A DNA stretch of 64,000 nt from Botryllus schlosseri (taxonomy: Eukaryota), in the NCBI GenBank assembly GCA_051294905.1, contig CM119373.1:12152001-12216000 (forward strand), written 5' to 3'. A program made the translations under genes and the position numbers. This document shows positions 26,801-40,027 of the stretch, piece by piece (position 1 is the stretch's first letter; the number at the start of each line of letters is the position of its first letter). The notes beneath the pieces were generated by a model. That model made no database searches and had not been told where the DNA came from. It saw nothing but the letters and a program-made list of their open reading frames with translations.

Positions 26801-27708
26801 AAAGTCGATCAATATTCATTTTCGGAAACAGTGCTATAGTTATATTAGATTAATATCAGTTATCATAAATCTTGAGCAACTTACGATGAATTGCGCTATC
26901 ACATAGGATGATTAATAGCCTACGAGTTTTTATAGAGAAAATATGACACCCACGACGAATTCCATCTAGTCAGTTCGAATTTGTACCCTTATGACGTCAC
27001 GAATTTTAAATTGTGACGTAACAATTGATTGAAAAGCATGGCTCTTTGGGAGTTGAAATGGTTCTTCCGACGAAAAAGGTAGGCTACCCGAACTTTGATG
27101 TACAGATTTTCAGAGGGGGACACTGAGCCGCAAAATAAGTCGATAGTAATGCAGAAAGCAATAAAACGTATAGGGTTGCACCGTTTAGAGGAGAACAGGG
27201 ATGTAACCAAGTCACAAGGTTCCAAGTCACAAGTCAATTTGACTTTTACACTGTTGACTCAAGTCAGATCGAGTCATTTTCAATTTACCACCCACTCAAA
27301 TCCGAGTCCAAGTCAAGCAGCAACGGGTCGAGTCCGAGTCATAGTGCTAAGACTGGAGTTCAAGTCCCAGGCATAGTGTTTACTGTTCAGTATCGAGTTC
27401 AAGTAACGTTCAACTTACTTCTGTGAAACTTGAATGATATCGAAGGCCTAGAATACATAACATACTAATTTTTCTAACTTCAAACATCTTCATTCAAACA
27501 GATGAATAAGATTTTCTGGCCTATTTTTCAATTATTGGTCCTATAAACCAGACTTGAATAAGTCACATAGAATGTGTCGAGTCTTATTCTTTACTCGAGT
27601 CAGGCGCAATGTCCGGAGTACAAGTCGATTCAAGACACAAATTGACTGGAGTCGATTTATTTTCTATTTTTAAGAAAACGACCCTAGTCAAGTCGAGTCA
27701 ACGCAAAA

Positions 27709-28012
27709 TTACGACTCGACCCGAGTCGTGACTTGAGTCATCGAGACCTGGAATATGGAACTCAAAATGGAACTTAAATATCGAACACTAATATCAAATA
27801 TTTCTGGGGAGTTTTCCAAAATTGATCCAAAAACTTACTGCGATACAATATTATGTTTATTGTTACGACTCGACCCGAGTCGTGACTTGAGTCATCGAAA
27901 CCTGGAATATGGAACTCAAAATGGAACTTAAATATCGAACACTAATATCAAATATTTCTGGGGAGTTTTCCAAAATTGATCCAAAAACTTACTGCGATAC
28001 AATATTATGTTT
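27709..28012. repeat. 154-bp near-perfect tandem duplication
   Basis: Unit beginning ACGACTCGACCCGAGTCG at 27711 and 27865; about one mismatch; spans a MITE end and its flank. Confidence 0.95.
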
Positions 28013-29441
28013 CTGTAACACAAAATGAAATACAAGGACATAATTTACGGCCAAGCGGATTCCTGTAAATAAATACTGACGCTATAAGCACCCGTACACT
28101 TCACGGTTGTGTATAATATATCTGCCTGGGGTCACGCAATATCTCTCTATTCAGCACGTTTCAAGTAGGACCAAGCTCCGACAAATACAGGCTGACCGTA
28201 AAGGGATACTCCGGCAATGCCACCAACGGCCTCTCACCTCACAACAAGCTACAATTCTCTACCAAAGACGCGGACCACGATACTAATCCCAACGTGAATT
28301 GCGCGGTACGACACGAAGGAGGCTGGTGGTTTCACGGGTGCGTGCACGCCAATCTCAACGGAAACTTCATGAAAAAAGGATGGCCGGGAATTTGGTGGAT
28401 TAAAGCAGCGGCTAACCGTATGCGCTACACTGAGATAAAGATACGCAGAAAAACCGTAACGTGAATTGTCGATGCGAGAAATGCACACAACTTTTCATGC
28501 GTGCTACTTAGAACTTGAGCGACATTTTCTAGCATATTTGAAATTTCGATATGACTATTTTTGATATAATCGGATTTTGTTGCTGTTCGGTATTCGTCAC
28601 AGTGTTTTTTATACTACCAGTAGTGTGTAAGATGGGAATTCAGCCTCATCCCCAAATGATTTTGAATTCTTCGTGAATTGATTATTTGAGTTCTGCAATA
28701 CTTTTGTTATGATATTCCACACATTTTAATTGCCATTTTAACATTACAATACGTTAAGGGAAACCACTACACAGCATAGAAGTGACAATATATTCGCAGC
28801 GTAGGGTGTAAATTTTCGGAAATACCAATCGCAACAATATGACATATATAGTTTAAATTAAATCAACCAACGCAGATCACTTGATATCCCTCGTAATCAG
28901 ATATTTACTGGCATTGACTACATGAAGCGATTTCTCAGTTGGATATGGCCTTCTCGAAAATGGTCTGAGAACTTGGAAGATATGTCTGAGATCATTTATG
29001 AATTAGAAACGACTTACCATCATGGCGGTATTAGGCCTACTCTTGGAAAGAGAAAGTACAAATAACGTTGATGTGTAGGATACCATAGTCATGTATTCAT
29101 CATAGCATTGGCAAACATTTTTTTAATTGAAATGACCACTTATATGTTTCTTGGTCAAATAAAATAATTTTTGATTTCGTTGCAATGTTTCCGCTTAGAT
29201 TTGTTGTCAGTATATCTTTGCGCTCTAAATTCGAATAAATTGATTTCATGCTTAATCTCCGCGTGGTGAGTAGTCGCCAATACGTGCAATAGTGCATTAT
29301 AATTGCTGATGCGTTTGTGGTTGACGGCCAATTTAGAAATTGTTTTCGTTTATGTAAAAGTCTGTACCCACCGGGCTGATGTACTTTTTATTGTGATTTC
29401 TGAGCTGTCGAATTTTTACACGGTCTAAAGTCGTTTTAGGC

Positions 29442-30702
29442 CAGGGGTTCTCAAAGGGTGGGCTACAGAGCATTTTGAGGTGGGCGACAGAGCTATTTAG
29501 AAAATTTCAGAATTAATGTAAGTTTAGTTATATTTTTTATGTTATCCGCTAAAAATATATTCGTATTATCTAATTATACGTAGGCTACATTAAGCTTTTC
29601 ATACGACTCTGATTAGACGTGGTGCCACGTATGAAGTCAGCATGTACAAATCGAAAACGTTAGGGAGAAACGGTGGCTTTTTCTACTGGCCATGACAACC
29701 TACGGCTGACAGCAACTAAAAAACAAGATCAAGCGTATAATAACTGGAAGATAATGCTGAAGTGACCAAGTATTCCAGCAGGGTCATATGTCGTATGCCG
29801 TTGAAAGGGGTACGCAATGAACTCGCAATGAAGTGCAGCAATTGATGTACGGATTTACTGTCCTTCGGCCGGCCGTATTATTGTAAGCTAACAATAAACA
29901 TTGCAAATTATTAGCAACTTCCGGCGGAGGTATACTGCACCACCGCAACGAATCTTAATGGATTGAGGATTTATCGGAGCGCATTAATCTTTGAAGTCGG
30001 TTTAAAATGTCCGGCCTGGAAATCATTGTACATAATGATAGAGTCACAGAAATTGGTTGTAACATTGGATTGAATATTCTGACATCGCAACTTCAGTTGT
30101 TTTGGTAAAAGACATACAAAGTGCATCATGATCATGCATATTGAAAAATCTTTCTTCACTTCTCTGTAGTACCCCATTCACCAATGAATTGTTCGATGCT
30201 GTCCCGGAATGACAATAATATTCCCCACAATAGTGGAACTAAAGTCCCAATCACACAGTGCGGGGATCTGATCACAGTGTTTCGCGACGCGAATGAAGCA
30301 GTGGACAAAAATAATCAACGAAGCAGCGGACAGAAATAATCAACGAAGCAGCGGACGAAAATAATCTACTTTTTAGCTTATGATCTACCAGCGCCGTAAC
30401 TGCCGCACCCACACCCCCAATTAGGGGAGCTCGAAAGGGCCCAAGATTATTTCGTTGGTCGTTTGTTGGAGGATATTTATTCAACTTGAACTTTTTTCGA
30501 GCCTCGCGCGATTCCATAACCCGGTAGATCGAGATTTTAATATCATCAATTAGAGAAAATGCACATATTTTAGAGAAATGGGCATATCGGTGCTGTTCAT
30601 AACCACCCATTAAACAGGATTATGACTAGGATATCAAGTGGGCCACAGCACATTTTTAAACCGGAAAATATGCCACGGTCAAGAAAGGGCTGAGAACCCC
30701 TG
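29442..30702. mobile_element. Charlie-type hAT non-autonomous element with a nested repeat (~30389-30610)
   Basis: TIR CAGGGGTTCTCA/TGAGAACCCCTG; TSD TTTTAGGC/TTCTAGGC. The nested GCCGTAACTGCCGCACCC family also occurs at ~32785. Confidence 0.75.
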
Positions 30703-31094
30703 TTCTAGGCTTCAGCACGTCAGCGCTTGCGGATGGCGATCACGGGCCCAGATAAGAATACAAAACTTTGGATGTTGAATGATATGCAGGGTGTTGAAAA
30801 TGAAATGCGATCAGCGTTTTGTGCTACCAAACAACAAATGATTCAACGAAGAGGCCAATATCGCGACTAAAATCTGTTCAGGCGTGGGAAAGAGAACATG
30901 CGAATTGTAATGGGAAAATTATAAATTATGATATTAACATTCAAATGTACCAACCGATCCAGCCAAGCAGGATTGCTTCATACGTTTTTCCCACTTTTTC
31001 ACTCTGTCGATACATGACTCCATTTCACTTTTGTTTTTATGCTAATTTATAATACTTCGTTAGTTGCAATATGCTGTCCTACACATTCGCTTAG

Positions 31095-32071
31095 CAGTGT
31101 TGGGATCAAGTCACTACCTTCGAGTCACGAGTCATTTCGAGTCATCGCACATTTTGACTCGAGTCAAGTCAAGTCAATCGATTTTCGAAGGTGACTCGAG
31201 TCAAGTCAAGTCAGTCGATTTTTGGAGGTGACTCGAGTCAAGTCGAGTCAAGTCAAGTCAAGTCACGAGTCAAGTCACAATTCAAGTCAAATCGCCTTTT
31301 CGAGGTATGAGGCGTGATTACGTCATTGTATTTTGTTCGCTGTCTGCAATACAGATTGAGTGGTCATTGATTTTGAACTGATGAACGAATATAGAGTTCA
31401 ATATACACGCAAGTAAGGCGCTGTATCGCTCACAATTAAGTAGAACTAATAAACTCAGTAAGTAATTGCACAGCCTCAGTTTATGGTTACCAGCCTACAT
31501 AGAGAATAGAGAAACGAATTGATAAGATGCAATACATTACCCTTTTGCAAATTTATATGATACAATTCGAGTCATCGCCAATGGTTGAGGACTATATAAA
31601 CTATTTCCGAATTCAATTTCAATAAAACAAGAGGTTTGGTTAAGTTAAGAACACAGAACAGAAATAGACATTTCGCTGTTAAATTACTTTACTATACTAT
31701 AGTTTATGACAAAGTAGGCTGTAAGCTTCGATCACTTCGTTTGCGATCAATATATTTGTGAGAGAACAATGGAGGCTCATTAAAACGCACGATCATTGAA
31801 TGATTGGTCGCTCTCACGGGTTACACAAGCGTTGCGCGAACAATCCGAACATATGCAAGATACAGTGACTTTTATCGACACTGATTACTTAATGACTTGA
31901 AATTGACTCGTGAATTTTGCTCCGAGTCACGAGTCAATCCACATTTCTGATACGCCGAGTCAAGTCAAGTCAAGTCATTTTAGCAAAGTGACTCGAGTCA
32001 AGTCAAGTCATACGAAAAAGTGACTCGAGTCTGACTCGAGTCAAGTCATGACTCGAGTCATCCCAACACTG
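31095..32071. mobile_element. hAT-type MITE family B
   Basis: Perfect TIR CAGTGTTGGGAT/ATCCCAACACTG; perfect 8-bp TSD TCGCTTAG (31087-31094, 32072-32079); dense GACTCGAGTCAAGTC arrays at both ends. Confidence 0.92.
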
Positions 32072-35000
32072 TCGCTTAGTATCATAATATTATTAAAATG
32101 TACGTTCAAACAAATAAAATAGACTTCAAAGTAAACGCATTTCTGGATCAGTTTATACAATAGTTTTTGGGTACACATTAACATTAATAAATATAGCCTG
32201 TTTTATGGCCTAAATTTCAAGGAACTTTTCGTGAGCCGCTCAGAATCGCGTTGCGGGCTGAATTTGGCACGCGGGCTGCATAATGCCTAGGTGTGACATA
32301 TGTGATGATGAATCATATGACAAAATATAAAAATACCTAATTCAAATTTCCTGCTAGCGAGCCAGGTTCGATAGTGCAGCATCTAACCCAGTGATTCCCA
32401 ATCTCGGCCCCGAGGGCCGCATGCGGCCCCCAGATAGCCTTCTTGCGCCCCCAAAAATATATTAGGAAATCGATTTATGACAAAAAAAGGTCAACTTTCC
32501 GGCCCAGCTCCCGAAATAGCTGCCGTAGCTCTACCTACAGTGCTGACTTATTGTATATCAGTCGAATTTGGCCCTATATGTAACCAAAATCCTCAAAAGA
32601 GAAGACATTCGGCCGTCCTCCGAGGACACTTTAAAAATATCAAAAAAAAAGGACTAATCATCTTGAAAGAGGACGTATGGTAACCCTATGATAACTAGAT
32701 GTGCAACACGTGACTCACGGTTGAATACGCCGAGATGCATACTGCTTAGCTGGATGAAAGCAGCATAATTCGTAGTCCAATAGTCAGGGCCGTAACTGCC
32801 GCACCCCAAACCTCCCAATCGAGGGGGGCCGAGCTCGAAGGGGGCCAAAAATTATTTCGTGAATTAGCATAATTTATAGAGTATTTTTTAAAAATTTGTG
32901 CAACTTTTTCGAAAATTTTTCGCGCTTGGCGTGATTTCAATTTGCCACATATCTTGATTATTGGGTACTCTTCCCCAAGAAAAAAACGCAAGATTTATAG
33001 AAATGGGCATATCAGCGTTGGCCATGACCACACCACAACGCACCAAGACAGATAAAGTTGTAGGCCATGTAACATGTGACTCCAAGAAGTGTGTCAGAAC
33101 GATCGGCAGCGAGAAAGCCTTGGCCGTAAAGGTCTGCTTTTATGCTGTTCAAAAACTTTGAAATACCAAAACCTTCGTTATATATAAAAATATATCTATA
33201 TAGGTTTAATTGTCCAAATAGGCGCCTAAATGACTGGCGCCGAATGTTCTCGTCTTGGCAATCTGAACCTCACACGACAGATACCATCCCGCAGGAAAGA
33301 AAATTATATGCCATTGAAGAAATACCAATCTGAAATCATGTGTTCTTTCGGTTTAGTAGGTTTGGGCAATTCTACATTTTTTGATATAGTCATACCTGGG
33401 GGTCCGCCCGCCCGAAGATGTCTGCAGTTTCAAAGACACCTCTCACGCAGCTCTACCGGTAAATCTGATTACGTGGGGAAAGAGGACAACCATGCAATTC
33501 CCGATCTTATTCACCGATTGTATCATGAATTATCGAAATATTCGTGCGTCGCGCTGTCTCACTAAACAGTACAACTTTTATTTCGTGGCAAAAGCAAACA
33601 ACGTGATGCGCCGTCATTTTATCACCCTATGGGAGCCCGGGGTCCTGACGAAGTGCTGTTACGTTCCTGCCAACGGGTATACCCCCGGAGAGGTTTAATT
33701 ACTATTGAGGAGGCCTATACCTTTTCAAACACACTTCACTCAGCTCTACCGGTAAATCAGATTACGTGAACAGAGACAGGATGAAAATTGATAGCAATAC
33801 ATGCAATTCCCGATCATGATAATGACCGATTCAGTCATGAAACTAAAGAAATTTCTCGCGCTTCGCGCGTTTAGGCGAGAAAAGCTGTTTCACTCAACGG
33901 ACACCCAATCCAGCAGATAAGTAGCGGTAAACAGTGTACAGTTTTGAAATCTCGCCAGGGCAATAAAACTACTCCGAAATAGCCATGATGACTGTTTTGG
34001 GTCCGTTTCATAGCCGTAGTATTCGTGCGGCCCCGACCGTACTCTGAAATTCTAAATTTGGCCCTCACACCGAAAAAGTTTGGGAACCACAGATCTAACC
34101 TGTCTCGTCATTTTGTCGTAGCATGCTGGATGAATCCCAGTATAAACAAGTACGATCGCATGCGATGGCAGAGCTTGTTGGTGAAAGTTACGTTTGTATT
34201 AGGTTTGGATTGAGATCGGGTTTAGCGTTCCGGAGGTGACACGAATTAAGTCAATCAAGACAGCGTCAGTATCATAAACAAACGCCTAGGGCGTTAGTAC
34301 CCGTACTATAGTTGGCAAGGGGAACGACTGAGTGTGAGATGACCGGATCATAACGAAAACTGGCTTTTTGTTTAAACTTTTCTCCCCGTGTTCGACATGT
34401 GAGGGGTCAAATTGTCATACAAAGATGAGGAGGGTGCATTATATGGGATGGGTAAGGGGCTATAGCAACGACGTAATACATTTGCACAACACTAATAACC
34501 CAGGGCAACAAAAATTATTTTTTTCAAAAATCATCATATGTGAGATTAATTCAGGGGTATATCATAGGGGCGCTGAGTCCGTAAATGGCATTACTTTTGC
34601 CGAATCGGCTCTATTTTTTGAGATATGGCCTCTTCCTACATATGCCAAGAAAAGTAGTATGTTTGTGGGTAATATAGGTTAACTCGCGCTTGAGAAGGTG
34701 AATATGGGCTAGATGAGTATATATCCGCTCGAATGTAGTACTAACATGTGCGTTGTAGTGCACTGATAAGACAGTAGTTAGTTTTATCCTGAATATTATG
34801 ATTTAGTTTAGAGACTATTTTTTCGACAGATTACGTTAATTAACACGCCCGTCCTTTAAGCCACAGAAAGAGTCAACTGACATTTATCTCATCACCAATG
34901 ATTACTGAGCTCAAATTTAACACGCTTTCCGACGGTTTTTAATATTAAATACTGTCCGTTGCTATCACTTTCAGAAATTTCAATTCATGGGTTTTTTATT

Positions 35001-35713
35001 AAGTATTTCAAAAATTGAATGATAGCTAGACAGAGAAAGTGTTGTAATGACCTAGATTTATTTTGGAACATATGTTACGCGAACACGTTGAACATGAAGC
35101 GATTCAATATGTGAAATGTCATTAAGTGCACTGAAAAGGAGTACTTTGGCATGACGTTGAAAGATCAAGATAAACGCAAGGCATCGTAAACGCCCCGCCA
35201 GCATTAGGCTAAAACTTCGCGCTTATAGATCGAAGGGTAAAGTCTAAATGATGCAATTTGTAATTTCCATAGTGTTGTGCGAGACAAAGAGCGACCATGA
35301 TGACTGATACTTTTACATGATTGAGATGTAAGGTTGGAATAAAAACAAGATTTCATAATCCTCAACATTGACTCTACTTTACAGCCAATTAACCACTCCC
35401 CAGCAATTTCAGTTGTAGCTTTACGTCACTGCTAAATCTGATTTCGAATGATGCCACATTATTACGAATATAGAGTGAGTAAACACCTTTAACTCGAGAT
35501 CAGCTAAACAACGAAGGTCTTGACTTGTGTTGAGACGACAAAAAAACTATGGGGGATAATGTAGAGCTGTTGTTCACGATCGTTCTTGAATCAAGGATAA
35601 GCATGAGCATCATCGCTTCCCCAAAACCTGGAAAAGATGAGTGAGGAGAGACGTGAAAGGTTTCTCCTATAAATCAAATAAAGGGAAAAGAAATATAAAG
35701 ATAGGCCTACTTG

Positions 35714-36925
35714 CAGTGACGTGCGGTCCAATGAAGCAGGTGAGGCAGGGCCTCACCTGTCGCCAGGATGAGTAGGCTAAGAGAAAATTGTGAAACCCAT
35801 CCATGAGTCGTGATTATATTGATGTTACACATCGATGTTCATAAATAACTAAATTTGAACATTTTATTCATCCAACATCATCGATTTGTATCATTATTAT
35901 TCAAAAATACAGCGCGAAAGGAGAGGTGAGGCACGGGTGAGGCACGGGCGGGTCGTGCCTCACCTGCAACTATGCAATTCATCATAAATAGCTCGGAATT
36001 CTTAATAACTGGTATCAATGAAATGGTATGGTCACACTGATTCCGAAAATATAAATATTAACAGTGTCAGGGCACCAGAACCCCCATAAATCGCCAAGGA
36101 AGGTGACCTTCGCCTTTATTACAGACAATGCTATCATAGAGAAACAATGGCTAGGTGAGGCACAAACGAATCTGCTTCATGCACTATTCGCTAATAATTG
36201 GACAATCGAAATGCAGTGAAACGCGCTATCGATTTCGGAATCCAACAGTCTTGTAGGAATTATATAAGTAGCGACGGCCAATGCGTAATTCGCAGCCAAT
36301 ACATTCCCTTACTTATGTAGCTGTTATATATTTTGCATCCATAGCTACGTTAAATTGTGGTATTTGATAGCTACTTGCATAGGCTGCATTGTCGTTGTTT
36401 GTGTCCTTTATGCTGTGTTCGACTGCAATTGCAATCCCTTTAACCCCTAATTGTGATATGTGATTGTGATAGCCATATACTTACAAAGCCTGCGGTGTTG
36501 TTTGTGGTCAGTGGTGCCACTCCTAAACACTGGATCTAGTTTATTTTGACTTGACCTAGTGCATTTTCTTTCGAAATTCGGCAAATCCAGTTTTTTTTTT
36601 ACTGAAAAAAATTGTATCTGAGGATGCTTTTTTGATGTTCTTCGAAGAATTTATACCGGAAGGCGTACTTGAAGAGATAGTAATTATTATTTGTCTAAAT
36701 TTGCCCATTTAGCACAATAGCGACCAGTCCTACATGTATTATAGAATGTGGAATTGCACCGGCTATCAGTGTCCAACGAAAATTCTCTCTATACCCACTG
36801 CTGTTGTTGTTCACATTTCAGGTCTCTTTATCAGGTGCTTTACGTGCTTGCGTGCGTGTTATGTGTGTGTGTGTGGGGGGGGGGGGGCGTGCGTCACCAG
36901 CCATGAACCTCACCGCACGTCACTG
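35714..36925. mobile_element. hAT-type non-autonomous element
   Basis: TIR CAGTGACGTGCGG/CCGCACGTCACTG; perfect TSD CCTACTTG (35706-35713, 36926-36933); GTGAGGCA subterminal repeats. Confidence 0.9.
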
Positions 36926-37775
36926 CCTACTTGGTATGCTCACATTATGACTGATTACTGCCTGCTGCCTATTGCGAATCTGTCCCCATCAAAATTTGTT
37001 CAAGAGGACTTTCCAGCAGATGACCTTCAAGCTAATTTGAGTTAATAACAGGAGTTGCTTCTAAGAACTTTAGTAATACACATCCAGATACTGATTTATT
37101 TCTACGAGAAGATTTGAATCCTCATTGCTAAACAAAATATTGCTTGGTTGTTTATTTCGTCTGTGTTTGTTTACAAATTGTCGTCTTTTTGTAGTAGATT
37201 CAGGCATTTGTTGTTCACTTCAAACACAATAATCGTTATAGGAAGCTTATTGTCACAAATTAAATATATTAGGAGAATCAGATGAAAATACGAATAAATG
37301 GAGTATTTTTCTGTTGAATATGTGGAAAAGAATGGATTATGCAGTACAGTTTCGTTCGTTGTGTTATACATCTCTCACATTTTAGTTGTTTCAGTACAGA
37401 TTGGCCTACTAAAACATTTAATATATGCTGTTAGGATAAAATGTAACCTAGTTTCAATAAAATAAATAATATAAAATGAAAATATCCAAATTCGGTGGTA
37501 TCTTGAAAAATAGTGCCAATCTGCAGAAACCAATGCCATTTTCGAGCTCGGCGCCCCCGATCTACCCTAAATCGTTCTCACCTACCATGATGAATTTTTT
37601 GTTGTTGTCCAGTGTAATTAATACCTCAAAATCTATTTGAATATCTTTGATGTCGTACTAGTCAAATCATATATTTTAAAAGTTCTTGGTATGAAGCAAA
37701 CAGAACGAATTGAGGTAGTTTAAACTGACTTGGGAGTCTGTACGAGTCGATCAGTCCTCAAATATGTCTTAAAAC

Positions 37776-38387
37776 TAGGGATGGTGTGAACGTGAAGTTT
37801 GCGTTCTCGTTCTGTGAGTGAACCTCGGAAATTTTGAGGTTCACGTTCACAACAGAACCTTGGTAGGTTCTGCACTGTGAACCTTTTTCATATATTACAA
37901 TTTTCAGTTCATTATAACATATTTGGTTCAAATTTATTGCATTGCAACTACGGGCCTATCTATGCGTGGCGCTGACAGCATAAACAATCAACACTAAACG
38001 AGCATGCACGTCGACATTCTGAAAAACTTTACTTGCTTTGTTACAAAAGTTTGATCGAAATATCCAGCCTTCCGCCTATCCAGCCTATCTTATGAATATT
38101 TAGTGACTCTCTGCTGTGAGCTTGACCCGCAATCAAACAATATCAAGAGCGAAATACACTACATGTAGTCAGCGAATGATGCTTATTCAATCAATCAATG
38201 AGATTGATACCGTTTTCTGATGTAAAAATCTAGCAAGCGTGCGGGGTCAATCTTGAAATATAGGGTTGAAATTGGCAATATGACGTCACGTGACGTCATG
38301 AGGTTCACGTTCGCGTTCACACAGAACCTTTCAAAAAGGTTGGCGTTTACACGAACCTGAACCTTTCAGAGGTTCACATCATCCCTA
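37776..38387. mobile_element. hAT-type MITE family D
   Basis: TIR TAGGGATGGTGTGAAC/GTTCACATCATCCCTA; perfect TSD CTTAAAAC (37768-37775, 38388-38395). Confidence 0.92.
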
Positions 38388-38588
38388 CTTAAAACCATTA
38401 AAAACGGCATATGAAAACAACTAGCCTACAATACAAATATGTGCGGAAAACGCGTACTCATTAAAGACGCTGGTATTTTGCAGTACTTTCTAGTGGTTAT
38501 GTAAATCAAATTGGATTCGATATACAGAATTGAATATTGGTGTGAGATTCGATGTTGTCCAGTCCTAGCTATGATGCTGTTGTGAACA

Positions 38589-38791
38589 TGTCGTAAACTG
38601 ACTATTGCGTTGAATAACTAACTGAAGCTTTATTAAGGCAAAGGTAACCAATGTGGCTTTAAGCAACATAGAACACAACTGACAGCAGAACAGAAGAGAA
38701 GAGAATGACACGGTAACGATAAGGCGACACTGTACTGTACAACGTAACTAATCAGATGAAAGTAATTATTGCCTAATTGCGGATCACCACA
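38589..38791 (-). repeat. 3' LTR
   Basis: Matches 42531-42733; preceded on the minus strand by the PPT. Confidence 0.97.
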
Positions 38792-38843
38792 TTCTACCCC
38801 CCTTTCATTTTGTAAATTCACATAGAAGAATGACACAAAAACA

Positions 38844-40013
38844 TCAATGACTAACAAAATTACCATACCGATCCGGCTGGCGCCTAACTCTAGTTGAACG
38901 CCGAAGCTCGACGTCTAGATTTCTACTCGACTCATCTGGTGCATCCTCTGAATGGTTAGATTCTTGAGGCTCTTCATCAGATGACTTCAACTCAACGTTA
39001 CAAACTTCGCGACTTGGCTCGTGGCCATCGATATCAACAGAACAAGGTTCAGCTTGTTTCGTTTCAGGATTAGTCGATGGTGTGTCTTCTCCAGTAGGAA
39101 AACGGGCCAAATCGTTGAGTGAGACGTTTGACTCGCGGCCGTTAGGAAAACGAACACGTGCGTAAGTCGGGTTGGCTTCAAGAAGTTCGACCTCAGAACA
39201 TAGTTCGTCGCCCTTGTTTCTGACGAATTTGCGTAAGAAAACTGGCCCCGGTGTCAATAGCCAGGATGGCACGCTATTCCCCACCATACTTTTTCTTGGA
39301 AAGGAAAAAAATCGGTCATGCGGTGTTGAATTAGTTGACGTGCAAAGTAGCGATCGAACTGAATGTAGCGCATGAGGAAGGGCGTCAGCCCAACATGATT
39401 CTGAGACTCCGGTTGATTTCAAAATGAGTTTGATAGTTCGCCATAATGTTTGATTAAGGCGTTCGCACTGCGAATTTCCTGTTGGGTGGTAAGGCGTAGT
39501 GAAGCTAGTTGCAACCCCGCGAGAATGTAAATAATCCTTGACTTCCTTGGACACGAAAGCGGTGCCTCGGTCACTGTGAACGTATCCCGGAAGTCCAAAA
39601 ACTGCGAATAGTGTCGACAAACACGAAACGACGGTTAGCGCGGAAGTGTTGCGACATGGAAAGGCGAACGGAAAACGACTATATTCGTCTATGACAACGA
39701 ACATGAAAGGGGATTTGTTAGATTTCAAAGGCCCTTTGAAGTCTACGTTGATTCTTTCCCAAGGTTTCGTTGCTTTCACAAGCACTTGCGGATTGCATTT
39801 GTAAAAATTTGGTTTGATCTGAGCACAAATGCGGCAACGAGCGCAAGTCTCACGGACGTCATTTAGGGAGAACGAGAGATTTTTCGAACGAACGAAATGA
39901 TGCAGCCTTGTGACTCCTGGATGACCCAGAGTGTCGTGTATGCGATTTAGATTAGAACCCAACTCACAGGGTGAAATCGATGCGCAATACGAAGATGTGG
40001 TCCGCGAAAACAT
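38844..40013 (-). CDS. Gypsy integrase portion of pol (continuation after a 1-nt frameshift)
   Basis: HHCC (HDTLGHPG..CARCRIC) and D-D-E (NVDFKG, HSDRG, QCERLN); no chromodomain. Confidence 0.93.
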   Translation of the reverse strand: MFSRTTSSYCASISPCELGSNLNRIHDTLGHPGVTRLHHFVRSKNLSFSLNDVRETCARCRICAQIKPNFYKCNPQVLVKATKPWERINVDFKGPLKSNKSPFMFVVIDEYSRFPFAFPCRNTSALTVVSCLSTLFAVFGLPGYVHSDRGTAFVSKEVKDYLHSRGVATSFTTPYHPTGNSQCERLNQTLWRTIKLILKSTGVSESCWADALPHALHSVRSLLCTSTNSTPHDRFFSFPRKSMVGNSVPSWLLTPGPVFLRKFVRNKGDELCSEVELLEANPTYARVRFPNGRESNVSLNDLARFPTGEDTPSTNPETKQAEPCSVDIDGHEPSREVCNVELKSSDEEPQESNHSEDAPDESSRNLDVELRRSTRVRRQPDRYGNFVSH

Positions 40014-40027
40014 ATCAGCCGCAACAT

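Larger units (their letters stand above)
20305..28464 (+). pseudogene. Fibrinogen-related domain (FReD; ficolin/tenascin-like) gene with a premature stop
   Basis: Phase-consistent GT-AG exons 20305-20401 (VCQRRIRGDEDFS*NWDDYVKGFGDPAGDFWLG), 24417-24513 (LEKMHQRT..ELKIDM..AKY) and 28155-28464 (FQVG..KYRL.VKGYSG.A...HN..FSTKDADHD...NCA..HEGGWWF.GC.HANLNG..EIKIR*). TGA at 20344-20346. Candidate upstream exons at ~19609-19660, 19711-19740 and ~19816-19895 are less certain. Confidence 0.85.

Noticed and set aside
29040-29300. Penelope GIY-YIG or other TE coding remnant
   Set aside because: No diagnostic motif could be aligned convincingly.
31095-32071. GACTCGAGTCAAGTC arrays as a CRISPR array
   Set aside because: No constant repeat-spacer period, unique spacers or cas genes; they are subterminal repeats within TIR/TSD-bounded MITEs in intron-containing DNA.
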